NCBI GenBank assembly: GCA_951406725.2
Contig: OX597816.1
Location: forward strand, 158,286,001 to 158,350,000
Direction of reading: 5' to 3'
From: Octopus vulgaris
Taxonomy: Eukaryota
DNA length: 64,000 nucleotides
The notes under the pieces were generated by a model. That model did not search any database. It saw nothing but the letters and a program-made list of their open reading frames with translations, and was not told where the DNA came from. The first letter of the stretch is position 1. Each line of letters starts with the position of its first letter. This document shows positions 11,302-24,400 of this stretch, one piece after another. Made by a program: the position numbers and the translations under genes.

Positions 11302-11485
11302 AGAATACGTACTGGAAAAATGTAGTCTGCAATAAACTATGACTGAAAAGACGAGATGGCCATGGCTAGAACGCCTTTGATCATAGTGCTGATGGACGTG
11401 GTATAATCTGGGACTAAACTATTCACTATCCATCCAGATAAATCCAAAATTCTTGATTCATAAAACATTCTAAATTTGATCTCAC

Positions 11486-12255
11486 CTATCTGTCAGGTAA
11501 ATTAAGGGGTGTGGGTTTAATCCGCCCTTTAAATCAAAAGCAGATATACTTCTTTGTGTGTGTAGTGGTGGTGGGGAATCAAATAACTGTATAAAAATGG
11601 AAAGAAAAAAGTTATTTTGCTGATATTTGGATCTCACAGAGCAATTAGATTACTTTTAAACGATTTGTCGTTAATAAAAAGAAACCGGATTTTCTTCTGT
11701 AAATGTTTAAAAATCACAAATTTAATTTTTTCGACTTAGCACCTTTTCAACGCAATAAGACGCAATTTTCTATTTGGTAAAGAATATTAAAAAACATGCC
11801 AGGAAAGTTGTTTTCATAAAAAAGTTTATCAAATTGACAAAAGTAATTGAAATTATTAAAAAGAATATTAACATACATACAAATAAGGCAATAAATGTAG
11901 AAATATGAAGTAAAATTAATTAAACGACACAAACCTAAACTTTTGAAACATTCAGTCTGGTCAAAATATTGTCAACTCAGAACCCGTATCTAAAAGTTTG
12001 GAGACAATTAGTGAGTTAAAGAATATATTTATTAGTAAGTGTATCAATATAAGGGTATTACTAAAATATATTTACAAATATATTGACCCCTCTAAAATAT
12101 ATTCATACCTCTATATTTGAGTATTAACAATGAAAAGCATTTAGTGATATTAGCTAAAACGATATGCGGTTTTATTTCTGAAGCTAGCTCCGGTTGTTTA
12201 AATTCCCCGCCACGAACAGGAATAGTTTTCTTTTCAAAACTCGTTTGTCCAGTTT
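11486..12255. promoter_or_regulatory. Putative bidirectional promoter between the TM-protein gene and CENP-H
   Basis: Divergent candidate 5'UTR donors (minus strand ag/gtgaga at 11486, plus strand tt/gtaagt at 12255). CpGs are retained, the region is repeat-poor, and there are GC-box/E2F-like ccgccc (about 11522) and ttccccgcc (about 12203). Confidence 0.45.
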
Positions 12256-12609
12256 GTAAGTAACCTTAGCTTTAATAATTGATCTTTGAAAGATTTTTTT
12301 ACTTCCTTCACTGAATTATGTTATGCTGTAAATTATTCTAGTGTTTGAATGTGCAGTAAATTGTAAACAACCCAGGACTCGCTATTCTTACATCGCTGTT
12401 AGAATTAGGAGTTGGGGTTTGGAATAAGATGAAATGGTCATGGCTGGAACACTTCTGATCAAAGGTATACTCGATCAAGGCTGACCAAAGGGACTGGCCT
12501 GAGCAACAATTACAACTTCAACTCCAACCCTTAAGTTTAATATTCTTCATTAATTCCTATGGCTCGAGCATCCCTATTTTAATTTCAGATTGTACACATC
12601 CTTCTAGAT

Positions 12610-12828
12610 CAGTGGTTTTCAACCAGGGTTCCGTGGAACCTTGGGGTTCCGCCAATACAGTCCAGGGGTTCCGCAAGAAGTTACAAAACTGCTAAAATCG
12701 GCAGTAATTTTAAAGTCTCCTGTGCAGATATGTGTGCATAAGACTATTAAATTATTGCACAGGGGTTCTCCGAGCCAGTGGAATGTCTCCTTAGGGTTCC
12801 GCTCCAGCAAAAAGTTTGAAAAGCACTG
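12610..12828. mobile_element. hAT (Charlie-like) MITE
   Basis: TIRs cagtggttttcaac / tttgaaaagcactg; perfect 8-bp TSD ttctagat. Confidence 0.9.
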
Positions 12829-13939
12829 TTCTAGATAAATGATCAGATTTACTGTTTTATTCTGTTCAAAACCAAACAGAATGAATCAAGAGTTGTGTTT
12901 TATCTATTTCTAGTGATGTTTGTTTACTTTTTACAAACCAGAGTTCATATTTAATTTGCATCCAAAACATAGTCGAAGCTAACATTCATTAACGGCACAA
13001 TTATTTTAAATATATATATTGTCACAGATAGAAAATTATTTTATTTGGAAGTTAGCTATCATCCGACATAAGTCGCATTTAAAAAATATTCTTATACTGC
13101 TAAACTTATTGTCATTCTTAAAAACTAACAGTTCAAGAAAATAAAAATAAAATGTTTCCTAATAAGCACCACATAGCAACTGCTTTTTCGGAAATTTATT
13201 CGGATTTCTCTATTTTAAACGTAGTTGTAAACCAAACAAATAGTTACAAGTGAAAAGAAATATGTTTCTAAAATTTTCAATTGGTTAAGATTTTTCCAGT
13301 ATAATTTCCCTCTCTAACGTACTCCTTTCAGAGAGTTACAGGTTCCTGAGTCACCACAGTGAAATTCTCACGTAGGCGTGTAAACACTTGCTTTATGCAA
13401 AGTTTTTTTATATACATATAATAATAGACTACATATATTTTCACCTGGTAAATATATAGTTTCGTGACTGCTATTGTGTCAGTTAATTCGTGGTGGAATC
13501 ATAACCAGGTTGGTACATCATAAAGTCATGGAATTTTAATAAAATTTACAAGGGAAAAATTATGTTTTTATAAATTTTCTTTTTTTCAACCGCTCATCTT
13601 CTTGTAGCTGATAACTAAATACACTCTTCCATTCTAATCGCAGTTTTATCAAAAATAATTCTTAACATCAACTAAAATTCACACAAAGTTACCTGTGAAC
13701 AAACACCTGCTCTAATTGATATACTATGGCACCTATCAGCCACAGCTCTGCTTCCTTGTGGGTAATTTTAGGAACATAAAGGTTAGGAATCGCCACCTCA
13801 GAGGAAAACAAGATGTGATGGTAAATTTTCAGCCAGTTTCTGACAGATTTGATGCCCATCTGTGTCCTTTCACAAGGAGGAGCTACTAGTCGTCTTGGAT
13901 CTCCTGTACCACTGGACCCATCTTCACAGTAGAGGTAGT

Positions 13940-14430
13940 GATGTTAAACTTTGTGAATCTCTTCTGCTTATTTCACACAGATGATAGTTCAAATTGTTGT
14001 TGGAGGCCAGAAATCTGGGCCCTTCAATTTAAGAACAGGAGTCAGACAATGCTTTTTGCTGGTTCCTGTGCTTATTAATATTTTCCTTATCATTTCCGCA
14101 CTGTTATCAGGAGAATGGGAAGGTAGACGGGACAGTATTGACTTCAGACTCAACAGGAACCTTTTCAACATCAGAAAGCTGCAGGCTAGTTTGTGTTTGT
14201 TAAGCTGTACATTCAGGACCTCCAGAAGATCTTTTCAGATCACAAGAATCAATACCTCCAAAATTAACTCTACATTACATGGGTGGGTTTGACATTTCAT
14301 GTGCATGTTGGACTTGTGTTTTCATCATAGGATCCACTAAAGCTAACTATAACATGGAATTGGTTGGAAGACCAAAGAAATAGTTCAAAGCCTTCTTTGA
14401 GAAGAAACTACACCAACCCTCCAAGAGTGG
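13940..14430 (+). mobile_element. Degenerate RTE/BovB-like LINE RT fragment
   Basis: PFNLRTGVRQCFLLVPVLINIF (GVRQGC.L.P.LFN-like) and IDFRLNRNLFNIRKLQA. Confidence 0.7.
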
Positions 14431-15609
14431 AAGATCACACTTCATGTTGCCTGTTTTGACAGTTTCACTGTTGAAAGTTGGGGTGGGAGTTGAAGAAAAG
14501 AGGAGGCAATGAATTCATTTAAATCCATCAGGAAATACAAGAAGAGTTTTGTGCACACAGTTACACCTGGACTTCTTAAATCATTTACATGTATAGTCAT
14601 CAAAAGATGAACAAACGAAAGAGATGGCCATCATCAGATTCTGCAGACAACCATAATCAAAGAGAAAGGGCCATATTGATTCTGAACAGCCTTAAGCAGA
14701 GCAAAGGAGAGAGTAACTATACTTGTGTAGTGATTGTCATTAATGTTTTCAATAAGTATATATAATTTATATCTTATGATGTATAAGTAATTTTTATTTC
14801 CCGTTGTCTTTTCAGTGTGGTTACCAGAAATGAAAGTTAAGAAATGTTATAAAAATTTTGTACTGAAAAACAATGAAGATATAATTGGAAATTCTCAATA
14901 AAAGGAATGTAACTCAACAAGGAAATATTGTAAGAAAAATTTCTTTATTTCTTTAATTAGAAAACCATTTTTATGTTAGTCATCATTACTAAATACCCTG
15001 CATCTTTTGATATTATTCTCACTACAGTAATCCCTCGACTATCGCAGGTGTTACATTACATGGGCAACGGACATTAAATGACGATGATGACATTGTTACA
15101 GCTTATAATTAATATAGTTTATTTTTTTAATGTTGTTTCTAATTTAATACTTATAAGCTTTCCTTAATTTAAAAATATTAGTGGTCCTCTTCTCTAAGGG
15201 CTTAAATGTTATTTAACTCTAGTATACACATTTGAAGCAGTATTTAATTAAAATTGCCAGTTACTACAGTATCTGTCCTGTCATAACATCTCTTATGAAT
15301 GTGCAGCGTTAAAAGTATAATAAATATCAGAGCAAGAGGAAAATTCATCATTGCAGCAGCCAGCAAGAATACTTGATGCATTCTGGCATTTTGGTGGCTG
15401 GCGTTTTCAATTCTTATCTCTCTCTGATATTTATTGTGTTTTTAACACAGCACATCCATAAGAGATGTTATCTCAGGGCAAATACAGCAGTAACTGGCCT
15501 ATCAACTGTGTATATACATTAAGTATGATATATAGATGGCTATTATTTAACTATGTCTTTTGTTTAACTATGTCTTTTGTTTTGTCTTTTAGGTTTTCTG
15601 CTTACAATT

Positions 15610-15748
15610 ATGTCTGAATCATCTGCTGACTCAGTTTTTTCTGAAAAAGATAAAGAACTGTTTAATGAAGATGATTTAGAGAAGTTATTGGTCATCAAAT
15701 CATCATTACGTAATCGACTGAAAGATGAAAAACTCTCTGAAAAAGCAG
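15610..15748 (+). CDS. CENPH: CENP-H first coding exon
   Basis: Acceptor tttag before 15593, ATG at 15610, donor gtattt; MSESSADSVFSEKDKELF...RLKDEKLSEKA. Confidence 0.7.
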
Positions 15749-18420
15749 GTATTTGTAAATATTTACTAGTTTTTACCTTGATTTTCTGCATTATCATTGT
15801 TTAATGTCCATTTTCCTTCTATGGTTGCATGAATTAGATGGAATTTGGTGAGGCAAGTGTTATACAACTGGGTGCCCTTTCAGTCATCAACCCTCACCTG
15901 GTTCTTAGCAAGGTAGTATTTTTCCATGGCCAGATTTGGCCGATGCTGGTGTCACGTAACTGGCACCTGTATCGGTGACACATAAAATGTACCTTTCAAG
16001 CATTGGACCCCACAGAGGCAAGGTGGCCTATGCCAGTGGCATGTGAAAAGCACTTTTCATGTGTTGGGCCTCACGGAGTCAGTGACGAATGACTGAGACC
16101 TTTGGCATTAATTCAAAGCAATGTGCATAAAGAAGAATTAGATTTGGTAGATTAATCTGAATGCTAAATGGCTAATCTATCACCTGATTTAAAACTACAT
16201 GATATTTTGGGTGTCTTTAGCAGAGTCCAATTTATTGCAAGTGTTTGGGTCAAGTCCTCTGCCTTCCTTCCTATCAGTCACAGAAGCTCTGTAAAGTTTC
16301 ATAGGCACTGTCTTATCTCCTAACTAAAAGATTAAAAAGAAATTGCTAATGCCTTTCATAAAGGTATGAGCATCATGCAATCCTATTGCTCTGTCTATAA
16401 TTCAAGTATCTTTAGCTTATCTCGTCGTCGTCATTGTCATCATCATCATCATCATTTAATGTCTGTTTTCCATGCTGGCATGGGTTGAATGGTTTGACAG
16501 AACCTGGTAAGGCCAGGGACTGCACCAGGCTCCATTGTTTGTTCTGGCATAGTTTCTATGGTTGGATGCCCTTCCTGATGCCACCCACTTTACAAAGTGT
16601 ACTGGGAGCTTTTTACTTAGCATTAGCACCAGTACTTTTTATGTGGCACCATAACCAGTGCTTTTTATATGGCACCGTAACCAGTACTTTTTATATGGCA
16701 CCGTAACCAGTACTTTTTATGTGGCACCGTAACCAGTGTTTTCTACTTGGCACCAGCATCATTGCTTATTATAAATGTGATCACTGTAAAATAGGAGTAA
16801 ATCTAGTTATTAGAGTTGATAACTTAATTTTGATTCTTGGTTGTAGTCATTATTTAATTCTCTTGCTTCTTTCAACCCATTTGATACCAACCTGTTTAAA
16901 AACTGTCCCTAGTTTTGGGGTGTAAATTCTCTGTTTTGAAAGGATTTACATTAAAACCTATCATAATTTCATGGTAATTTATGTTAACTGTGCATCTTCT
17001 CTATAGGAAGGTGCTTGTGTATGCCCTATCATACTTTAGCCTCTCAGCACCTTGTATAAAGGCCTTCCCTCCACTCCCTTTTTTATTTTTTATCATTTCC
17101 ATTCTTTTTTTGGTTTTGCAGTTTGGCAACCTCACTGGTGTCAGTGGCATAAAAAAACACTCGGTGAACACTATAAGGTGGTTGGAGAAGGGCATTCAAC
17201 TATAGAAACCAAAGCTGACACTGGAGTTTGGCATGTCCCTGTGGCTTACCAGATCCTGTGAAACTGTCCAACTCATGGAGGATGGTGATGAGGATTTTAC
17301 TAAATTCTTTGTTATTTTCACAATTAATTGAAACAAAGGTGGTGTATTTTGCCTTTGTGCTATGTCACATGCATTTCACAGTTTTATTTAACTGGCATTC
17401 TGTTGGTTATGATGACGAGGGTTCCATTTGATCTGATCAACGGAACAGCTTTCTTTTGAAATTAATGTGCAAGTGGCTGAGGACTCCACAGATACGTGTA
17501 GCCATATAGTTTTCAGGGAGATTCATTGTGAGATAAATAAAGTGTTGTGCTTAAGGACACAATACACCGCCATGAATTGAACTTACAACCTTGCAATCAT
17601 GAGCCAAATACTCTAACCTCTAAGCCATCACTTATTCACGGTTTCATTTATCTGCTTCTTAAAAGATTTCTGCATTGTACCTTATGTAAGAAACAACTAC
17701 ATTAGAGTAGAAATCTCAAGATTTACAAGAATAAAATTTTTCAAGTCATTTTGTTGTCTTTTTGAGCATCACCTGACAAGCCTCAGTTTGTTTCACTGGA
17801 AATAGGTACCATTTTCACATTGTTTGTATAGCGTTAGTAATATTCTGCTTCAACAATTCCTGCTCATTCACCCTCCCAGCTCTCAGCTAATTCAGGTGGT
17901 AGGCTTAATACAGTTCCTTGTTTAACACCATTATTGGTCTTTGGATGCCTTCAACAGAGTTTAGTTTGTTGCCAGCATTCAAGTCAAGACTAAGTTTTTC
18001 CTGCAAATCAACCATGACAACCTCACCAGTCTTGATGGTCAAAGTTTATGGGTAGCCACTGACCCTCTTATTCCGTGTTTCTGCTATTCATTCTTCCTCT
18101 TTTTCCGAGTTAACCTTGATGGATTGTTTTTTGTTGGAGCAATTGTTCTTACATTCACTCAGCCATGGAAAGAATGAAACTTATATTAATAATTAGGCAA
18201 TCACTCAACTGCAATGTAACAATGAATCTTATATCATAGATTTAGGAATCACACCACCTTTGATAATTAGACAGTTACACCAAGGCCAAATTTGCCTTTC
18301 CTCTTTTTGAAGTCAATGATGAAATAAGTACTGGTTAAGCACTAGGGTCAATGTAATCCTCTAGCAGCCCCTCCCTCCCAAATTTCAGGCCTTGTACCAA
18401 TAGTAGAAAAGATGATTATG

Positions 18421-18499
<79 letters not shown>

Positions 18500-21400
18500 G
18501 TGGTGGCGGCGGGGGTGGGGGAGGATTAGCAGAATAGTTGGAGCATCAGAATTGAAAAACTTTGCCGTTCATCCTTTCGGGGTTGATAAAATAAGTACCA
18601 GTTGAGCGCTGGGGTTGATGTAATCGACTTACACCTGAACTTGCTGGCCTTGTGCCAAAATTTGAAACCTGTTATTATTTATTATTGGTGGTTTAATAGA
18701 ATTGTTAATGTCAAAATTGGAAAATTAAAAGCCTTATGATATTTGGCACTTTACATTCTAGGAGGGGGGTGTCAATGTAATCAACTACCCCCCCCCCCCC
18801 AAAAAAAAAGTTTTCTGGCCTTGTACCTTTATTAGAAACAATTATTATAGTTTATGGCTTTAATATATAGCAGTGTGATTCTCCTAAAATACATCATTAA
18901 TCAAGCTTATTCGATTGAGAAATAATTGAAATAAAAGTGAATTATGTTATCAAACTCTATTTTTTTAGAATCAGTGAATTGATGAAAGAAGTCACCTTAC
19001 AGACTTGTCGAGAATCACGAAGGAAGCTGATGATAGAAAGGTGAGCTTTACTCTTAAAATTACCTTTCAAGGTTATGTTTTGTCTTTTATCATTGTTGTT
19101 GATCTCGCCTCCCTGCAGGACATTATTGAGCTTGATTTGAAAGAAATTTGACTGTTATTTGTATTGACTGTATACTAACTTGCAAAGGCGGCAAGCTGGC
19201 AGAATTGTTAGCACACCAGGTGAAATGCTTTGTGGTATTTCATGCTGGGCGAAATGCCAAGCGGTATTTCGTCTGCGTTACGTTGTGAGTTCAAATTCCG
19301 CCGAGGTTGACTTTGCCTTTCATCCTTTCGGGGTCGATAAATTAAGTACCAGTTACGCACTGGGGTCGATGTAATTGACTTAATACCTATGTCTGTCCTT
19401 GTTTGTCCCCTCTATGTTTAGCCCCTTGTGGGTAATAAAGAAATAGGTATTTCATCTGTCTTTACATTCTGAGTTCAAATTCTGCCAAGGTCCACTTTGT
19501 CTCTCATCCTTTCAGGGTTGATTAAATAAGTACCAGTTATGCACTGGGGGTTGATGTAATCAACTTAATCCCCTCCCACAAGCTGCCCTTGTGGCAAAAT
19601 TTTATAATCATTATTACTAACTTGCAAGTCGAGTGACTGTAAAAAGATTCTTTATTGGTTCATATTACTGTTTTGTTGTTTTCTGTTTATGCAACTCTCT
19701 TCTATATTAGTTACTGACATCCATCTCTCTTTCATCATCATTGTTTAATGCTGGCATGGGTTGGACGGTTTGACTGAGGTCTGGTGAGCCAGCGGCTGCA
19801 CCAGGCTCCAATCTGATCTGGCAATGTTTCTACAGCTCACTACTTACTCTCTATCTTAATACCTCCCAAATCCTCTTTCTAATACACTTACTTCCTCTCA
19901 AAATCATTCTATCTTTAATCTCCTTTCTGTCAACACCTCAAATATAAAATTCTTCCCTGAAGATGGAGGCTGGTATTATCTGATGATAGAATCAATTTAC
20001 AGTCATTATTTTGGGCCACCAAACCCCAAGAAACAGCTGTTGGACTTGTAATACTCTTTTCCAACCCTTTTAATTCCTATCTTTTCTAGTCTAGCATGGA
20101 TAACAGATGTTAAATGATGATAATGAGGATTTAACTTGTATTTTTCAGAGTGCAAATTGGTCAGGTATTGATTGAAAATCTCTTTGAGAAAGATGAATCC
20201 ACTGATGTCAAAGTTAGGTAAGCTTGAAATATATTTGTTTGAATAAATGCACATTTGTTTTCTTTCTCTCCCTCTCTTTTCATAAATATATTTTATGATG
20301 AATTTAATACTTTTTAAAACAAATATTTATAATATTCATTTGTTGTCTTTGTAGCAAAGAATTAGAATCAGTTTTGGAAAAACAACGTAAACTATCAGTA
20401 GATATTCTGAAAAAACATAAGGTAATTTTCTTTTGCTTTGTTTTCACTTCTGGATTTTTTTTCTTCAGGTGCTTCTACCGTCGTCATTTAAAATGTCTGT
20501 TTTCCATGTTGGCATGGGTTGGACGGTTTGGCAGGACCTGGCCAGCTGGAGAGCTGCATCAGGCTCCAATTGTTTGTTTTGGCTGGATGCCCTTCCTAAT
20601 GCCAACCACTTTTAATGAGTGTACTCTTTCACTTGTTTCAGTCATGTGACTGTGGCTATGCTGGAGCACCACCTTTAGTCGAGCAAATCGACCCCAGGAC
20701 TTATTCTTTGTAAGCCTAGTACTTATTCTATCAGTCTCTTTTGCCGACCCGCTAAGTTACAGGGACGTAAACACACCATCATCAGTTGTCAAGCAATGTT
20801 GCGGTTTTATTGGACTTTGCCAAAGCTTTTGACTCGGTAAACCACCGCCTATTACTTGTCAAGCTTCAAGCATATAGTTTCCATCCGGATATTGTACGAT
20901 GGGTTGGTGCCTTCCTCTCAGATCGCTCCTTCCAAATCCAAGTTAATGGTTCGCGGTCCGACGTCTCCAGTGCGAGCAGTGGCGTGCCTCAAGGTTCAGT
21001 GCTTGGGCCCTTATTGTTCTTAGTCTTCATAAATGACTTGCCCGACGACCTCACGCAACAAACCCTTCTATTTGCCGACGATGTCAAACTGGTCGCTCCT
21101 CGCGGTGATATAGAGGATCTTCGTTGATGCCTCCACCAAATTTGGAGGTGGTCTAAAGAATGGGACCTGTGTCTGAATGTGTCAAAGTGCTGTCATCTGC
21201 CTGTTGGCTCTCCTCCTGCAACTCAACTTGATTTTGAGCTGGGTCGTCTGCTGCTGGAGTGGACCGATCAGGTAAAGGACCTGGGTATCTTGGTGGATTC
21301 CTCCTTTTTGCCTTCGGCCCAGTGCGTCCATGCTGCCAACAAAGCACGCGGAATTCTGTTCTTGATTCGACGGTCATTCGGAATGCTCACAGCAGCCATA

Positions 21401-24400
21401 TTCCTACCACTCTATGTCACGCTGGTGAGACCCATATTGGAATACGGGATTCAAGCCTCTTCTCCTTATCTCCTCAAAGACATACAGCATCTCAAAAGAG
21501 TCCAGAAGCTGGCTACCCGCATGGTTCATGGTCTCAAAAATTTGTCCTACGAAGAAAGGCTGAGGACGCTCGACCTTTATTCTCTAGAAAAACGCCGCCG
21601 CCGTGGTGATCTCATTCTCGTCCACAGCATCATAAGTGGAAAGTGTAACCTCTTGAAAGAGCTGTTCTTCACTCCTGCTCCAGAGCGTTGGCTGCGGGGT
21701 CATTCCGAAAAGCTCTACCTGCGACGATTTCATCTCTCAATCGAAGGAGAGGAGCTTTCTCTGTCCGGGTTGCGGATCCGTGGAACAAGCTGCCAGACGA
21801 GATGGTGAAGATGCCGACGACCGCTTTGTTCAAAGCCTCCCTTGACCTCAAGTGGCCTGAACTCTTTACATGAACACCACCCTGTACTTAACTCCATGTC
21901 CCCCTACATGGCCTTGCTATTTGCTTTTGAGCCAAATTAACTAACTAACAAACACACATATATATACATATATACGATGGGATTCTTTCAGTTTCCCACT
22001 TTTTGTGTGGGACCAGCTTGGGTGCCTTTTACATGGCACCAGCACAGGTGCTTTTTATGTGGCACCAGCATAGTAACTATCTGTTTTCAGGAAGCATAAA
22101 TTATGTTTTGTTGCAGTGTAGATATCCATTTTTATATTCTTGGCTGAGTTGTTCTTTATTGATTGCAATCTAGAATGAATCTTGCTTTTTTTTTTATACC
22201 AGACGTTTGTGATTTGTTTTTCTGATGAACTACTATTTTACTGACATTAACAGCATTCTGGAATATCATTGCTGGTAAAACAAGTCTCAATCAAAATAAT
22301 TGGGCTGATTTAATTGATGGGAGCCCTCTTTTAAAAATGCGTGGCCTGGGGTGTATCAAATAGTTGAAGGAACTAAATGCTGTTTCCCCTACTCTCAAAG
22401 ACGTGCAGGACCACCCTTGCAGGTGTCATGCAAAAAGCACAGTACACTCTATAAAGTGGTAGGCATTAGGAAGGGTACATATCATCACCATACATCTGTT
22501 GTCCACGCTGACATGGGTTCGACGGTTTGACTGGGCTGGCATGCTGCATCAGACTCCTGTCTGATTTTGTATGGTTTTCTATGGCCAGATACCCTTCCTA
22601 ACACCAACCACTCTGAGAGTGTAATGGGTGCTTTTACATGCCACTGGCACTGGGGTGTGTTTGTATATATACATAGAGAAATATGCCATTATTAATAATA
22701 ATAATATAAGTAGCCAAAGCATGAACCGAACAGGCAAGTTTAAAAATGTAAAGGTACTTTAAAATACCAACTTTGCTATAAATAGGAGTGAAATATACTC
22801 TGATGAGCATCCAACCTTAGAAACCATGCCAAAACAGACATTTAGAGCCTGGGTAGCTCTCCAACTGGTCAGCTTCTGTCAAACCGTCCAGCCCATGCCA
22901 GCATGGGAAATAGACATATGAGGACTGTATTTGAGAAAGGCACCAACATCCACTTTGTTGCAAGCTTTTGGGTCAGTTTGTAGAAACTTCTCTCCCTTCA
23001 ACCAATCTCGGAAACTTTGTAATGGTTCATAGACACTACAATCCTCTGCTGACAAAATTAAAAAAACAAAAACAAAAACCCTTGCCAAGTTAGCTATTTC
23101 ATACTGCCACCTGCACACTCACCATTATTCTTCTTGTCACCCATACTGTGTTCCACTGCCCAGGTCCTTGACTGACCATTATTTCTTTCCTCAGTCCCAT
23201 TGTATGATAGCTTGACAGAATTCTTTTCCAGTCCACAATTTTTTCTGTAAACATCAACCTTAATCAGTTTCAGATTAAGCTTAAACAAATCCTGTTATGG
23301 TGATTGATAAGCTGGACTATTAATCTAATGGAGATATTTAATGTTTTACTGTATTATTGTTTCTTAAGAAACTATATCAGAATACATAGTCCACTTATCT
23401 GTAAATGGGTGACCCAGTGATGGATTGGTGTTCCATTCAGGGGAAATGTTGGCCTGCCCTGTAAGGAAGTGCATTGTGATCAGCAGTGTATAACAATATG
23501 TGGTAGTCTGGTTGATATATGAATATACTCAATCTTGACCGAATTCAAAAATTACTTTAAATTCAGTTATCACTATGGTAACTGAATTCATTCAACTGAT
23601 TGTTTCAGCCAAGCTCTGTTTTTCATGCTGTTTTCTGTTTTCCCCCCCAGCAAACTGTTTTTTTGTTTTCTTTCTCAACCTAGCTGTTTCTCATGCTGTT
23701 TTCCAGCCAAGCTTTTTTTTTGCTGCTTTTTCCTGGTTTATTTAAAGCCAAGTTGTTTTTATGCTGTTTTTCTGTTTTTTCAGCCAAGCTCTGTTTTTCA
23801 TGCTTCTTTATTGTTGTTGTGTTAAAATATGGTGTACCCAATAATATTGTATTTAGTTTATTATGCAGTGGAATTGAATAAGATTTCTGAATAATATTTA
23901 AATGACATATTTTTACAGGCACTGACTAACATTCAGTCTAAAGTCGATCAAATGAAAGTTGAGAACTTAAGTAAGTGAACTATTTTTTTAAAATCTTGAT
24001 TCTGGCTGTAACTATGCATCAAACGTAAATTAAACCAATAGTACATTGGGAAAAATAATCTAGAATTTATATTTATTAGTGCAAAGGAAACAAGCTGGCA
24101 GAATCGTTAGCACACCAGGCAAAATGGTTAGTGACATTTTGTCCATCTTTACATTCTGAGTTCAAATGCTGATGTCGACTTTGCCTTTCATTCGTTTGGG
24201 GTCAATAAAATAAGTACCAGTTATACACTAGAGTTGATGTAATAGACTTACTCACTCCCCTGAAATTGCTGGCCTTGTGTCAAAATTTGAAACCAGTATT
24301 TAGCAGTGTTCCTCAAAGATTTTATTTTAAAATACATTTAAATAATCTTTGATCTTATAATAAAATACAGATAGGTTTTACTGTTTCAAGTCTACCCACA

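Noticed and set aside
22879-23288. Minus-strand ORFs suggesting a nested gene in a CENP-H intron
   Set aside because: No consistent splice sites or recognisable motifs; probably a decayed repeat.
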